From the NCBI GenBank assembly GCA_046563655.1, contig CM102286.1, forward strand, positions 14,694,001-14,758,000: a stretch of DNA of 64,000 nucleotides, written 5' to 3'. The position numbers were made by a program, and so were the translations under genes. Positions 37,501 to 52,206 of the stretch are shown here, piece after piece. Numbering within the stretch: the first letter of the stretch is position 1; each line of letters opens with the position of its first letter. This stretch comes from Yuukianura sp. NJ FZ-2021. Lineage: Eukaryota. The notes beneath the pieces were generated by a model. The model saw only the letters and a list, made by a program, of their open reading frames with translations, was not told the origin of the DNA and ran no database searches.

Positions 37501-40500
37501 CGCTTTTAATCTTATTTTTCTATGCTCTTAAGCCTCAATTTGGCGAATCCGCCTACTTCGCCGGTGAATTGTTGCATTCCCTCTTTTTGCACAAACTTTT
37601 GGTAACTTTTTGATACAATTTCAAGTTTTTGCACATTAATTGCATCTGGATCTCCTCTTTGATCTTCTTGCTCTATTCCCGTAAACTTCTGAATCATCTT
37701 TTTTGAAAGATAAAAACTTTTCTTTTATTTCTCTGCTTCAATGACTCTTTTCCATCTTCATGGTTTTTTCCCTTGAGCCCTGACTTATAACAAAGGAATT
37801 TCAGTTACACTTTTTGGTTTTGCAATTTACACAACTTCGAACTTCACAATTCAGAAGCAAAAGTTCCTTTTAGAGCTTCGTGTCGTAATTTTTTCCCCTG
37901 CTTCTGTCCTAAATTTTGTTCTTGTGTTTGAATTCAAATTTCTTATTGATCCTGCTCTTCTGAAATTATCGTCGTGTTTCTTCCAAGTGACACGCAACCT
38001 TACCATCACTTTTTGTTTTTCTAGTCTCTTTTAAATATTTATTGTTTGAATTTAGGTTTTCGCTACTTCCAAAACAAAACTAAAAAGTGACTGTGAGACT
38101 GTAAGGACTGGCGGGAGTAAGAACCGCCAATTTTCAAATTCAAAATCTCCCATTTTTTGAGTGAATGAACAAAGAAAGAGAGAACAAAGAGAAAAAGTGA
38201 AAGTAAGAAGTGTGTTTGTTTGATCGACAAAATCTCCATGACGACGAGAAAAAATTGTTTGTAATCATCTCCTCCGGTAAGTACCTATCGATCTGTCATC
38301 TCGGCAGTTTCTATTGACTCAGCACACTAATTTCCTGGAAACCAACACCATCCACCAACAACACCAACATTGTCGACCATTGACCAGCACCATCCTGTCA
38401 CTGAAATTCGGACAACATCTTGGACACGTCAAGTTCCATTTAACATATCACACAACATTGGACATTGAAACTTCAACTGTCAACGGATACAAGGACACGT
38501 CATCGCCTCTTAATTAGGTTTTAAACACTAAAACTAGTTGAGTATGACCATAAATGAGTTGTTAAATCTAAATGTTTTCCTTGTGTTTAGTTTCCCACAA
38601 CCGGTGATTCAGTTTGCGTGGAGGCTTAAGGATGTCACAAACTACGCCATGGCCACTGGATGCACAGAACCAAAACAATAGTGCAGGAGTGGCCATGGGA
38701 CAGCCTGCCACGGGCGGACTTTCAAGGTTGGAAACTATGCGGGTAAGGTTTATAACTTACTGCTATTTGGCTTAAGTACTAATTAATCATTAATCGATGA
38801 TCCAATAGCTGAGATAGAAGTGTAGGTGTTTAGTAAAGTGTTGACATCAGGGCTACGCCCTTCGGACTGACAAATGAATCGGTCATGTGTGTCCAATGCA
38901 CAGGAGTAACCAGAACAATATAGACAGACACCGGAACAGGTAAGGGCTGGCTCATTCATAACGACAAGGCGACGTTGAATATAGTCAGGCGACATTGGAT
39001 GCAGTGACATTGTACTCCACGACGATTGTATGTCGACAGGGAATTAATTGTATCTTTTGTTTGATCTCGTTCCAGTTGTAATTTAGCGGAGAAATTGATG
39101 GTTATCTGTTAGACTTCCTGTCATGTGGTGACCTTGATCGATTCCTGTCAGCCGAACCTTTGTTTGTATTTTTTCAAATAGTAACTGAGGAGGATCACTT
39201 TGTACATTCTAGTGCTGGCTACTTGTGCATGTCCTTGAACAATTCTACTCTCGCTTCTGACGCATCATCCCAACATGATTGATGCTAATTGTGTAGGTGT
39301 TAAGTATTTTTGTGCTTCTTCATTTTGGTCTATGTCCATTGTAGTATAAGCTTTGTAAAGTTTCTTTGTTGTCCTTCTATGGACATGATCCCACCGACAG
39401 ACCAAAACCACTTTTACGTGGCTCTCCCATATGCAAACTACAAGCATTTCAGAATTGAGGCTCACTTTGGCAATCCAAAGTTTGGTTTGCTTATTGTTTC
39501 TTTTCATGCTTAATCTCCAGTGTTCATCTTCTGATTTTTGAGGCATGATAGGAATTATGGCAGTTTTATGCAGAGCCCACACAGATTGAAAGTCATACAG
39601 ATGCAGTGGATAAAAAGTTCAACTGACCTTTGACCTTGTGATCTGTGACCTCGCAATGACCTCCATTGTTCCGTTGGTCCATTATGTCCATAACTTCTGA
39701 CCTTAACAGCAGGGTTCTTTTATGTTCATGAGATCTAAATTATAAATTGGCGTTTGCCTTTGCGCCTTTGGAGCGGAAGTTTACTTTCTCCTGCCAAGTA
39801 GAAAGTTAGCCTACTTTACTGCAGTTAATCACATCGATTGATGAAATTAATGTTTTGAAGGCAAGGAAGGTTAATATTAGCGTAGGAGTAGGAATTAGGA
39901 TAAGGAATAATATTGGAGTGAAGGAAATACAAAAATTGCAGGATTTGGGCATGGTTGTGTATGAATCGATATTTTGTGTGGACTTGACATTCCAGATTTT
40001 AAATTATTACTGGACTTGTGGACATGTTGAATTTTTAACAGGCACTTTTCAGTTCATTTCTGCCGAAATAGGGGTCCACTTCTAGGAAAGTTTTGAGTAA
40101 AGTACTGACAAGTGACGAGAATGACGATATTGCTCTTGTTCTGGATTTAGGTTTTTAGCAAACACTTTTTACGCTAACAAGTGTCTGGTTTTATAACAAT
40201 TTAAAGTGGAGGCAATCCATGTCACACAATTTCAACTTTTTTTTGGTGGGTAGTTGGAGTGTCATGGTTCGTGCGTTGACGAAAATTTGTTCTTTTTATA
40301 GCCAAATCCTGAAATTCATGTCCTACACGCTGCAAAAATCGAAGTTTGGATTTTGAAAATCAATACGCTTTCAAAAAATAATCACGACTGCTTATCTGAA
40401 AACGCGTCCTTGATTTAAGCATTTTGCAAAAAATATTGTTTCATGTTTTACTTAAAATCACGAAATGGATAGACGCCGTTCCTTTGGTTTTTCACTTTTT

Positions 40501-42181
40501 CCGTTTACAGTTTCCGATTGTGAGATTGTGACTAAACGTTAGAATTTCTGAGAATTTTAGTCAAAACAGGAAAGAGTTAGTTTCATAAGGTGAAATTTCG
40601 CAAAAGTGAAGTCACACTACCATTTCCACTTTCAGGAAACGGTGTAATAACCTACGAGTTTTCCTACACGCATTTTTGGTACATTTTGTATGAATATTGC
40701 AGAAAATCCATGAAAAGTTGCGAAAAGTCACTTTTTCTGAGAATTGGATTTTTTTGAGAGCATCGAGCCATGAGCTCCAGCGTTTTTTTTTCAAGGTGCT
40801 TGATGTTAGAAAATACGCGACATTGACATTGACACAGAGTCGGAGTGGTTCTCATCGGAACTTCCAAGACAATATCATCAATCAAAGATCTCATTAGCCT
40901 GTCACTACCAAAATTTAAGAACTTAACCATGTCATGTGCTTTTTCGCAAGTTTTCCCACATTTTGTATTTCGTATTCCCAGGGTCCAGCTAAGTAGTAAG
41001 ACTTTTTGACAAGCTTTTTAGCAGTTTTCCGGTGCGAAGTTCTGGAAATCCAATCGACTTTTCAATTTTGAGTGACTTTGACTTTATGAAATTGATGCGT
41101 CGAAGTTTGAAAATGCGGGGGATATTTTTTTTAGACGCAGGAAGAACGATTTTGAGTAATCGATTATTCTCTTGACCTTGAAAATTGTTATGGATATTCA
41201 CTTTAGACTTCCATTTGTGATTGATTATGCTTCTTACAGTACTTCATGTTTCACGAACATTTTTTTCATTTTTTGCCTGTCGGAAGTTTTATACTTAAAA
41301 TCATGTTTTATCGGTTCGTTTCATATTTTGTGTCATGTCTTTAGTAAGAAGTGTCCATGTCACTGGATAAGAAGCATGGCAGGTTGTGAGATTTCTCTTT
41401 TTAGTTTTCATGTCACCCGGGTTCTGTCCTAAAACTTTCCTGGAGGAATTGGCAATGGAATTCCATAAGGAAATGGATCCACACGGAATGGACAAAAAGT
41501 TGTGCCAAAAGTGTGCTTTGCAAAAAACTTTCTCCAGTTGAATTTTTGCACCCTTTCGTGCAACTCTCTCCTGAGGAGAAAGCACGCCATTTAGTTCTTT
41601 GTATTTTTGCGGCAACAGTTTTCGACTTTTCAATTTCCTCAAAGTACGTTCGCTTTTTTGGAAAGTTTTGCCGGTTTTCAGCCAAAAGTTGGAAAGCAGT
41701 ACATTGACCCCTAGTTTTCCAAAATATTGAAAACCTAGTTTCTAAAAAGTTGATTTTAAAAAAATGTGCTTATTTTGGAAATATTGGAGTGGTCGGAGGA
41801 AGTTTTCTGAAAGTGTGAAAAGTTGAGTCGAATTGGATTCAGTTGTCGACACTTTTGACATTTCCAAGTTGAATTTTATACTTGAGTTTTTTTTAAAAAT
41901 AAATTCCTGTAGTGTTTCCGGTGGTTAGTTTTTTGAAAAGCAATCCAATTATAAGAACTCCTCTTGACACACCTTTTGAAGCAGTGTGTACAAAAACTGA
42001 CATGACGCTTGACTTCTGAAGCGTACAACTCTTCTTCCCTTGTTCACTCAAAAACTTAGATTCTGAGGTCATTGGACCGTGAACAGGTTGTAGAAGCGAC
42101 TTCTGGTTTTGTACTAAAGTGCATAGGATTTTTCAACAATTCCACCATTTTGGACAATTTGGATTTTGGAAGTGAGTTATT

Positions 42182-45100
42182 ATGACATCAGTTCTGGAAA
42201 TGTACCAGTCGCCATCATCTAGAACCGTCACAGACTCCATACTCAAGGTAGCCAAGATTTTCAAAAAACTACACTTAAAAAAAAACAAACTTTTTTTCAA
42301 AAAAAAGTTTTCCAGTTTGTTGGATTTGATGTTTTCGGTTGGTGGCGCTGAAATGATTATAACGATGCGCTAGGAAGTGATTTATGACGATCCATTTCAC
42401 ATCTGGTTTGAGCATAAAAAAAAATTTGAGATTTGAGTTTCATATTTTTTTTTGAAAATCAAAGGAATTGATCATAAATCTTATGAGTTTGGTTGAATTT
42501 GAGACACGACGAAGAATGAGGAAAATGGAAAAGGCGAAAGTCGTGTGAGAAGAGTTATAATTTTTAGAAATTAAAATTGGCCAAATAAGGATAACCGTGT
42601 CATTTTCTATGTCCGAATTTGGAAGTTGAGGAACAGAATGAGTGAGTGTCCTCGTAGGTGCAACAATGAATGTAATTTTGTTGTTTTCATCCCTAGGCTC
42701 AACTTCAGCAGAGGCAAATGCAAGAGAAAGAGCAGAAACTACTGCAAATGTTGGACAGTCAACAACAGAGAGCCATGCAGAAAGGGAATCTGAGTGGAGT
42801 CGTGCCGTCCAAGTACGCAAATGGAAACGTTCCAGCCACTCCTGGAAATTTTACTACCAACGGCTCAAGAAATAGTACTTATGGTGAGGAATTTTCAAAA
42901 TTTTCAAAATTTTACAAAAATTACAAAAAGTTTTGGACAGTTTCACTGATTTTCTGGTTTTTTAGGGGGCCCTTCGAGGGCATCGCCAAGTCCACTGACT
43001 GGAAGCATCGGACCTGGTGGGACTGGGAAGGTGAGAACACAAAATTTAGCAAAGATGAAATTAAAATTTTGAATTCTGAAATTTGACAATTTTTAGAAAA
43101 CCATGAATTTGAGTATGTTGTTGAAATTTTAGGTTCGGCAAATGTTTGAAGATCGACGGAAAGGTGGAATTGCGATTGTTCCATCCAGTGGAGGCGGTTA
43201 TGCTAGCAAGCATTTGGCTGGAATTGACAAAAGCTACCCACTGGACCCACTTGACGCTTCGAAAGCCACCATGAGCCGTAGTGGCAGCAGCAAAAGCGAT
43301 CCGGCCAGTCACTCTTATGCTCGTGGTCGGCCTGCACTTACTACACAAAAGAAACTGTCACCGGCAACACCAGCCTTACTTCAACCGAAACCCAAAGCAC
43401 TGATTCCATCTCGGGCCACTCCCACTCCGCCGCCAGCTCCTTCGTCAACGTCCGGAAGTTCCAAACGCGGAATTTCTTTAGATAGGAATTTGAGCACGAG
43501 CAGTCGCAGCGGAAGTGGCAGTTCAACCAACTCTCCAACAGTTCTCTCTCCAGTAGGCAAACAGTCTGAAATTGGAGTCATTGGAATTCGGAGGAGCTCA
43601 AGTGGATTTGGAATTGGGAGAAACAGAGATGAGAATGCCAATGACCTCCTCACTACCGCCCATGCACATGCGTCAGGTCAACTTCCACTTGTTCCCAAGA
43701 CGACCAAGTATCGTGACTATGCTGAAGATTTGGAGTCAAGAGAACAAGCTCTCGGAACCAAATTGAGAAATATGAGCATCGACTCATCTCCGCCTTCAAC
43801 GTCTTCCAACAAGCCCAAAACAGAATTTAACGTAAGTTTTGTGGAATTTTAAACTTTTTTTGAATGTTGAAGATTCTTGATTTGGCGACCTTTAGAACAA
43901 CTTTGAGGCACAAAAGTTTTGTTTTTGTTTATAGGCTGAGCTGGTGTCATTTTGCTATTGGTTGAAGTTTTTTTTTTTTAGAAAATTCGTTCTGAAAGGT
44001 TCCAACTTTTTTTCTTTTTGGAACTTTTAATAGGTTTTTTTGGAATTTAAAATTTTGATGAGTAGAGCCTCCTCCATTATTTTGGTGTCCGCCCTCGTGT
44101 CCAGAAACTGGGCCTAGCCCATTTCTGGAACTAAAAGTTTGAACGTAGTCGTGACGTCTAAAGAGTGGCTAAAGTGAAGTTGGGTTGAGGTATCTCTATA
44201 ACGAACACCATTGTTTACACAAGACATTCTGTGCTTATTAAACTTCCATCGTTATAGACTTTTCATTTTTAGTTCAAAACTGCCCCTTTCCAATTTCTTC
44301 TGGTTTTTGGAAAAAACTAAGGACACGCCCATGTAGAACATCCACGACCCTGACATTAGTAGCGCTCTAAATTATTTACGCTTTTGAAAGGAATTCGAGT
44401 GTAGAAAAATACTGGGAAGGAAGCTAATAAAAAGCTATTAGCCATTTTTCTTTTGCTACAGTCAAAAACAATAATTTTACTAGTTGAAATCCAATTTCTA
44501 AAAAAAATTCGAAAAATGGACAACAATTTAGCGGCTTTTTCATTACGGCTTAAACTTCGAAACTGGAAAATTGAAAAACGTCTATTCCATTTATAAAAAT
44601 CTTAAATTCTACATGAATGACAATTTTTTTTTCATTTTTTTTTTCAAAAAGGTTAAAAATTTGAAATTCTGAACCATAACTTCCGTTTTTCTATGCTTAG
44701 CGCCTGCCAGGAAGGAAATTTGATGTTGAATTATTAATTGGTCAATGATTGCTGCTTTCGGTGGTTGACTTCCTTATTTTTGTGCATGCCTGGTCATTGA
44801 AATCCGAAACCTGGAAATGTCTGTCCTGCAAGGAATGTGTCAAGTGGAAAGCATTATGCTTAGCTTAGTAATCGATTAGAGGAAATTAGTGGTTGGAAAT
44901 ACAAGAATTGTCATCATTATAAGCTCCACTCCTACAAAAATAGAATTCAACAAAGACTATAATGACCCGTTTCATGCTAAAAGGGAGACTTAAACGCATT
45001 GTTTTGGACATCAAATCTAGGACAAATCGACAGTAGAAATCAAAAGATTTTTATTTTTTTCGAAAAGAAAACTGCCAGCGTCAAGGACAGGGAAAGCATT

Positions 45101-46503
45101 TTTCATGTTGTAGTCAGAACTTTGCAAAACCACTGCTAAATTCGTCGTTGTTGTTGTAATGTCTAGATACGGCTATTTGTTAAGTACCGATTTTTTTTTT
45201 TTTTTTGCAAAATGTCAAAAAGTGTAACGTTGGTGTTAAAATCTACGATGAATTTTTGATCCAGCTTTTTCAAACTCTTTTTTTAAAGTATAAGCTCACT
45301 TCGCTGTGAGAGTTTTCGTTGTAGAAACCTAACATGGCTAGGGTTTTCATTGAAGTGGTCTTTTGAGCAAAGTATTCAATTATGTACGACAATCCATTGA
45401 AGCCTCAACAACAACTTCTTACTAACTTATGGATGAATTGCGATCACGATTTTTCGTAATTCTCAGAAAAAATTGTTTGAAGTTTACTGCAATGTACTAG
45501 TTTTGAAAAAACTTTCGTTCTACTTTCCCTCTTTTTAAAAAAAATGTCGTTTTCTGAAAGGGCATTGTGGGCAGTGATTTATGGTGTTCAAAGAGTAGGT
45601 TTAATTCCATTAAACTTCAAATGCGATGCTACCAGCTTAGGTTTCGTACACATTGTACAATGTGACATTACTGACGTTAATCGTTAAGTAACATGCACGA
45701 GAGCACAAAAAAATTAAGTTCAAGTGTGTTTTAACATTAAATTTTTTATGGATTACAGACTAAACCAATGCCACGGGAGACTGCTGCTGTCAATGGAAAA
45801 TCAAGCACAAGTAATCGGGGCAAGGTAAGTTGATACTCTTTCGATTACTTTCGATTTAGTCAATTACTTGTAATTTGTGACTAATTGCTCAATTACTTTG
45901 ATACTTGTAGGTCGCTTCACCTTCTACCAAAGACAAAGCAGGCTCTGCTGCAACAAGTCCAGTGAAACGCGCAAGTCCACCGACAGGATTAGAAGAATGT
46001 CACATTTGCCACCGATACTTTGCACCAGATCGCATTGCTAAACATGAACAAATTTGTAAGAAAACGACAACAAAGAAGAGGAAGGTCTTTGACCCCACGA
46101 AAATGCGAATGGAGGGAACTGAGGCTGAACCTTACCTGCGTCAAGTGTCGGCCAAGGCCACCAAGAAGGAGCCACCAAAGGTAAGAAACTAATTGTTAAT
46201 TAGTTTAACTTTGATTAGTTGTGATTTAATACAAGTTAACTTGTGTTTAATTTGTAGCAGGCAGCAGGAAAGAAGGCTGACTGGCGTAAGAAGCACGAGG
46301 AGTTTATCAATACGATTCGAGCTGCCAAAGTTTACACCCAGCATGTGGCTGCTGGTGGAAATCCTGCTGACCTGCCCCCTCCGCCCCCTTCGGACACTTC
46401 TGACTACATTCAATGTCCACACTGCGGCAGGAAGTTCAGTTCTGGAGCAGCGGATCGACACATTCCAAAGTGTCAAAATATCAAGTCCAACAAACGTCGT
46501 TAA
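42182..46503 (+). CDS. Zinc finger C2HC domain-containing protein 1-like (multi-exon; start codon tentative)
   Basis: QMQEKEQKLLQM, VRQMFEDRR, two C2HC fingers (CHICHRYFAPDRIAKHEQIC; CPHCGRKFSSGAADRHIPKC), KRKVFD, WRKKHEEFI. Confidence 0.88.
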
Positions 46504-47213
46504 AATACTCTCAATTGCTTTACTCTCTCGCCAATTGCGGGAAATAACGAATTATCCACAAGGCTAAGTTCGAATTTTAACAAATTTCAACGGAATCAAA
46601 CTAGGAATGCAAAAGTTCCACTCCTAACTTTTTTCTAAACGTTCATCCCACAAACTTTTCTCGTAAATTCAAAACCTAAGTTGGAGCGGCCTTATATTAA
46701 ATTGAGGGAAGTTTGAATTCAAACTGCTCTGGAATTCCTATTCTGTAAATTCAAACGTTCAAGTATCATGGCAAATGTTAACTGAAATTCAAAATTTCAT
46801 TCAAAATGGAATCGTTGTCACTTGAATCTCAACTAAACTAAAAACTATCCTTCAAAAAATGTAAACGATTTTTAGTGTTTGGAGTGTTACATTCTATGTT
46901 TAGATTCTAAGATTTTTTCCTAACTTGTCTCTTGTCAAAAGCTATCAATTTTTAGAAAATACGAATAAACTAATTAACCAGAGTCAAAATGACCAGATAG
47001 GAGAATTCACCAAAAATATGAGCTATTTTTAGAAATTTTAAAAAGGTACACTCAAATTTTGACCAAATTTCGAGAAAAAAAAAACCATCAAACAACTTTT
47101 ATTCAGCAGTACTCCAATCAGTAAGCTACAATTTCTGAATTTCATAAATTGGAGTAAGAAAAACTAAAAAACGTATAGTGTTTCACCAGAATTAAATTTT
47201 CGGGACTGCAAAC

Positions 47214-49145
47214 CTAGTCGTTGTGCTCATCGGTGCTGGCAGTAGTTGACTCCACGGACTCAAGATCCTTGGATTCTTGGCACACCGAGGTCACGGTGTC
47301 TTTGTCGTCATCTTCATCTGGGACAGTTTCAGCACCACCAGCTTCCTTTGTCTCAAAGATTGGTCCAGATCCTTCTTTGATCAGAAACTCATCAACCCTG
47401 CGACGAAGTTGCTCCGGATCGAAATCAATTTCCTCTTGATGTGTTCCATTGCAGTAGAATGCTGCAAATTCGTAGGCTTCAGGTCCACCATTTTCCAAGT
47501 AGTCCACTGCTTCAGCAAAGCTCAGAATGGTACTGCCAGTTGGAAGTTTAATTGGAGTCAATTTGGCAGTATTTGAAGGCAGGTCTTCGTAGCTGGGTAT
47601 AAGTGGACTTTTGGCCACTGTTTCAATGTCAGCAAAGCTAGTAATCAAGTTGATGTTGACTTGAAGCTTGGATTGAAATGTTGTGAGGATGGAAAGCTCA
47701 GACTGATATCCCAAAAGAGTGATGACACGACCACAGGATCCAAATCGTCCTGAACGCCCCATTCGATGAACATAGGTGGCAAGATCCTTTGGACATTCGT
47801 AGTTGATGACCAAATTCACAAGTTCAAAATCCAGACCACGAGCTCCGACATCAGTGGCTACCAGGATTTGGACTTTTTCCTTTTGAAACTTGTTGAAGTT
47901 GGCCAGTCGGAGTGATTGACAGAGCGCGCCAGAGAGAAGAGTAACGTCGACGTTTTCTTTTCGTAGGGAGTCGTAGAGTCGTTCAGCTCTGAAGGAAAAA
48001 GTAATTAAGATAACGATTAATTAAAAACTAATTGATTCAGGTTTCTAAAAACTTACTTGAGCTGAAACTCGGTAAAGATGACTGCTTGACCATATGGTAG
48101 CAGAGACAGCAAATCTAGAAGGCTTTGGAGCTTCAGCTGATAGACATCTTCCATTTTGAGCGACTGATCATGAGCCATTTCGAAGTTGTACACCAGTCGT
48201 GTTTCCAATGCGTATTGCTCAACTCCTAAAAGTGACATACCAGCCACACCGACACGAAGTGACACTGGATCTTTCATGACTGCTGACACTTTTGCCTCAA
48301 CTCCATTCTCAAAAGTGGCACTGGCAGCTATGATCTGAGCCGTTTTTGGAAGTGAGTCCATGATGACCTTCATTTCAGCCGAAAATGTCTCTTCAAACAG
48401 CTTGTCAGCTTCGTCCATAACAAAAAGAGCTACAGAAGACAAGTCCATTCCAAACTCTTGAATCATATGGACCAATCGTCCTGGAGTACCAACCGCAATG
48501 TGACAATTTGCCAAGTGCTGAATGTTGTCACTCAGAGCAGATCCCCCGATAAACAGTCCGACTTTAAGCCCTAGAAAAACATTGGTATGGTATATCGTTA
48601 GCACATGGATACCTTACAATTGAACACATTAATTGAACTTGAACAATTACCGTCCTTGAAAGCTCCGATACTCTGGATTACGAATTGAGTTTGTACAGCT
48701 ATCTCTCGGCAAGGAGCAACGATCAATGCTTGAATCATGTTTGACGAAACAGTTGTACGTTCCAATGCGATGACTGAAAAAACACATGTCTTGCCAGTTC
48801 CAGATTTGGATTTCATGAGCATATCTAGTAAACCAAAACAAAACAACTTCAATTAATCAAGCTTCTTAACCTTACTGCCAACATTTATGTACATCTTGGA
48901 GTTTACTTACCGATACCAGTCAATCCTATTGGAATAGCTCGCAGTTGGACAGGTGAAGGTTTCTCAAATCCTTCAAAAACTAATCCACGAATGACTTCAT
49001 CCGAGAGTCCCAATTGCTGAAAACTGACTTCAGCATCGTCACCTTCCAGTAAAACGTCATCCGACCGATACTCTGACGACTTTATGTCATGACCCAGCAG
49101 CTTAGGGTTGGCTGTCATCGCATTCAGCTTAGGTAACTCTTCCAT
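47214..49145 (-). CDS. DDX20: DEAD-box helicase DDX20/Gemin3-like (multi-exon)
   Basis: RSDDVLL, GFEKPSPVQLRAIPIG, KSGTGKTCVF, DEADKL, SAT, HRMGRSGRFG. Confidence 0.87.
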
Positions 49146-49273
49146 TGTCTTCTCCGGGTCTGTAAATACAAAATGATTAACGTTATACTAAAATTAAGAT
49201 ATGTCGTCCGAGTTAAGATTAAAATCTCGACAAATTGTTACAGAAATCCGATTACCGATATCTTAATCAATTA

Positions 49274-50447
49274 CCGTATTTTCCCTAATAGTACACCATA
49301 CCTAAATAGTACACCAGGTCCCTAATAGTACACCAGGTCCAGGGGCCGAAAAATTAATTAGTACACCGTCCCAAATAGTACACCAGGTCTCTAATAGTAC
49401 ACCAGGGTCTTTGGTAATGTAGCATTAGGAGTATAACACCCGGAGAAGTTAGTTGAGCTAATATTATAGCTCTTCATTTGTAGTGTAGTATTGTGTTTAT
49501 CTCCACGTAACTTCTCTCCAAATTGTTTTACTTAAAATTCGTATTCTTACTTAATATGGCTCGATCATTTGACCTGGAGTTCAAATTGAAAGTGTTGAAA
49601 TTGGCTAAGGATAAATCAATTTCTGCAGCTGCTAAAGAATACAACATTGATCGACAGAGTATTCGGACATGGATTAGAAAGGAAAATGCTTTAGGTGAGT
49701 AATTATTGGAAACAAAAATTTTTTCCTCATTATTACGTTCGTACTGAAACAGTATTTTGTTTATAGTGTCAAACGTGAAATCATCCAAGGTCAAACACAA
49801 AAGGTTGATCGGCGGTGGACGGAAACGATTGATCCCTGAGTTGGATGATTCACTCTTTTACTGGATTACGGAAACAGAACGAAGATCGAACCATCACAAA
49901 TTATTGCAATGGACGAAACCAGTCTGTTGTTCGACATGCTGAGCAACACAACAATTGCTCCAACTGGATCTAAAACTGTTCAACTAAAGTCGACTGGAAA
50001 TGAGAAGGCACACGCTACGCTTGTTCTAGCGGCCAAATGTGACGGAACAAAGCTGAAACCATTCATCGTTTTCAAACAGGGAATTCGAGAGGTAGCGAAG
50101 CTTCAAACTGACACTGGGATCGTAATTCGTAGCAGTTCAAATGGTTGGATGAACGATGATCTGACCTGTGACTGGTTGAAAACTGTGTTAATTGACTCAA
50201 GTGGAGAAGAAGAATACGAGTTGGACACTGTGGATACGGATTCTGAAAACGAAGTGGAGTAGTTTTTAGTAATTTAGAAGTTATTTTCTCTTGATTCCTA
50301 AACGTTTTAGTTTAGAATAAAATCCTCATTCTTAAAAAATTAATTAGTACACCGTCTCTAATAATACACCAGGTCCCTAATAGTACACCACCCCCAGAAG
50401 TCGAAAACAAAATTAGTACACCAGGTGTACTATTTGGGAAAATACGG
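49274..50447 (+). mobile_element. Internally deleted pogo-type (Tc1/mariner superfamily) DNA transposon
   Basis: TA TSD; 24-bp TIRs CCGTATTTTCCC(T/A)AATAGTACACC; subterminal AATAGTACACC repeats; HTH exon 49556-49694, GGGRK linker, DDE fragments MDETSLLFDM, STGNEK, DGTKLKPFIVFK, NGWM. Confidence 0.93.
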
Positions 50448-50824
50448 TACTACTTACTTATTAGTACTTACTTACCTGTATAAACGCTGTTGGCCGCTGC
50501 CTAACCAAAACTATACCGCTATTTCAAGAAGGAATTTTATCCCCCTTAACACAGCCTGTTTTCTACTTGGGTTTAGGTAGTATGTGAGTGCGGACGTAAA
50601 GGGGAACAAAACAGCGGCAGAGGAGTCACAGACTATAAAAAATATAATAATTTCTTTCGTCTCCGTATAAAAGGGAAGCTACCCACAAATTCTATATCAT
50701 TCCACCTTGGATCTGTGAGAAGTGTGATCATCTGATTTTTAGTTTTTTTTTTTACCAAATTGGTTAATTTCTACCTGTTTGAATTATATGTATCTTATTG
50801 ACACCTTAAGGCTAGAAAGTAACA

Positions 50825-51726
50825 ATGACGGCTGTGTCAGAATGGACATCTACACCAGACCTTGACGTACCAGAAGAAGATAGAACCGTGGGGGTAACCC
50901 GTGACCCTGAGCCTGACCTTGACCACGATCATTCCGCTCCTGGTGTAATGAAAAGCGGTTACAAGCCACCACCAACGAAGAAACCACGTAAAGAGAAAGA
51001 TACTAACGTGTACGAAGTGGAGAAGATCTTGGACATTCGGGTCAAACGTGGAGTGGAGGAAGTTAAGGTGAAATGGGTTGGCTATGATGCTGAGTAAGTC
51101 AAATTAACGTTATGTTAAGTTCAAGACTTCTTTTAGATTAATGATATCACTCAGTTCTCGATTTCTTTTAAGGTGGTACAATACATGGGAACCAGTGACC
51201 AACCTAAACGAAGATAGCTTTGAACATTACCAAAGAATTCTGGAGGACAAGATCAAATTGGAGAGAAGCAAAGAAAAGAAGGCCAAAATCAAACGCCCAC
51301 GAGCTGAAAATAAATCGGGGAGCAACGAGCCGGGACAAGGAACCTCCGGATCGGGAATTCCCAATTGTGATGGCGGATCCGCCGGCATTGTAAGGACATT
51401 GGTTTGCCAATTAGTAATCGAAATACCTGCTAAGCTGATGTTGGAGACTTTGTTTTATATGAAACTACAAACGTTTTGTTTCGCAGCCTGAACCCGATTC
51501 CCCATTTGACGATCCGAATCTGACGTTCAAGAGGATTATTGGGATATCCGGAACAAAGGAAGAGCCTTCCTTTGTTATTGTTTTCGATATCGACGGAGCA
51601 GCTGATGAGCCGGTCATTCGCCGCATTCCTATGGCTCTGGCAAACGCCAAGATTCCGTACCAAGTGATCGATTTCTATGAGGCAAGAGTATGTTACGTCG
51701 GGGACCCGAAGATGACTACAGCCTAG
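50825..51726 (+). CDS. Divergent HP1-family protein (chromodomain + chromoshadow); exons 50825-51093, 51173-51389, 51487-51726
   Basis: YEVEKILD..VKWVGY..NTWEPVTNL chromodomain; basic hinge; ANAKIPYQVIDFYEARV shadow domain. Confidence 0.88.
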
Positions 51727-52206
51727 ACGATAGTTCGGACAAGTACAGGTTACGATCGAAATATTTAATTCCGCGGGAGTTCTAACGTCATTCGCTGTTA
51801 AGTTAGCTGACTTACACTAATCATAATCGTGTAGTATTTTTAGTTTCTAACATGCCTTTTAGTTACTTTGTACTTGTAGATGACATTTACTTGACCAAGA
51901 ATTTATTTTTTTTGAAAACTCTTTACTCAACCTGTGCGATTAAACTTTAATTGAACTTTATTCACTGCCTTAAATGTTTAATAATTGAGTTAGGAATTAT
52001 GCCGAGTAGGATTCATAAATGAGAAAGGTCAAAAGAAATCAATACTTTTTTTCCATGTTGCAGCACAAAGCGTATGAAAGTCATAACACTTTGTGCAGTG
52101 CCTCAGCGAGGTTCCACTTCCGGAATCCTTTCTCCGTTCCTAAGTCGTCAATTAGTTTCGTCAATTTAGTCAAATTCAGTCTAAATAGCAAATCATGTAT
52201 CTGTAC

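Noticed and set aside
37501..41710. Coding-like fragments and possible splice sites; possibly a decayed gene or transposon
   Set aside because: No consistent reading frame, family motif, TIR or TSD could be established by eye
44060..44370. Possible MITE with TAGAGC...GCTCTA ends in a ZC2HC1 intron
   Set aside because: The terminal match is too short and there is no TSD
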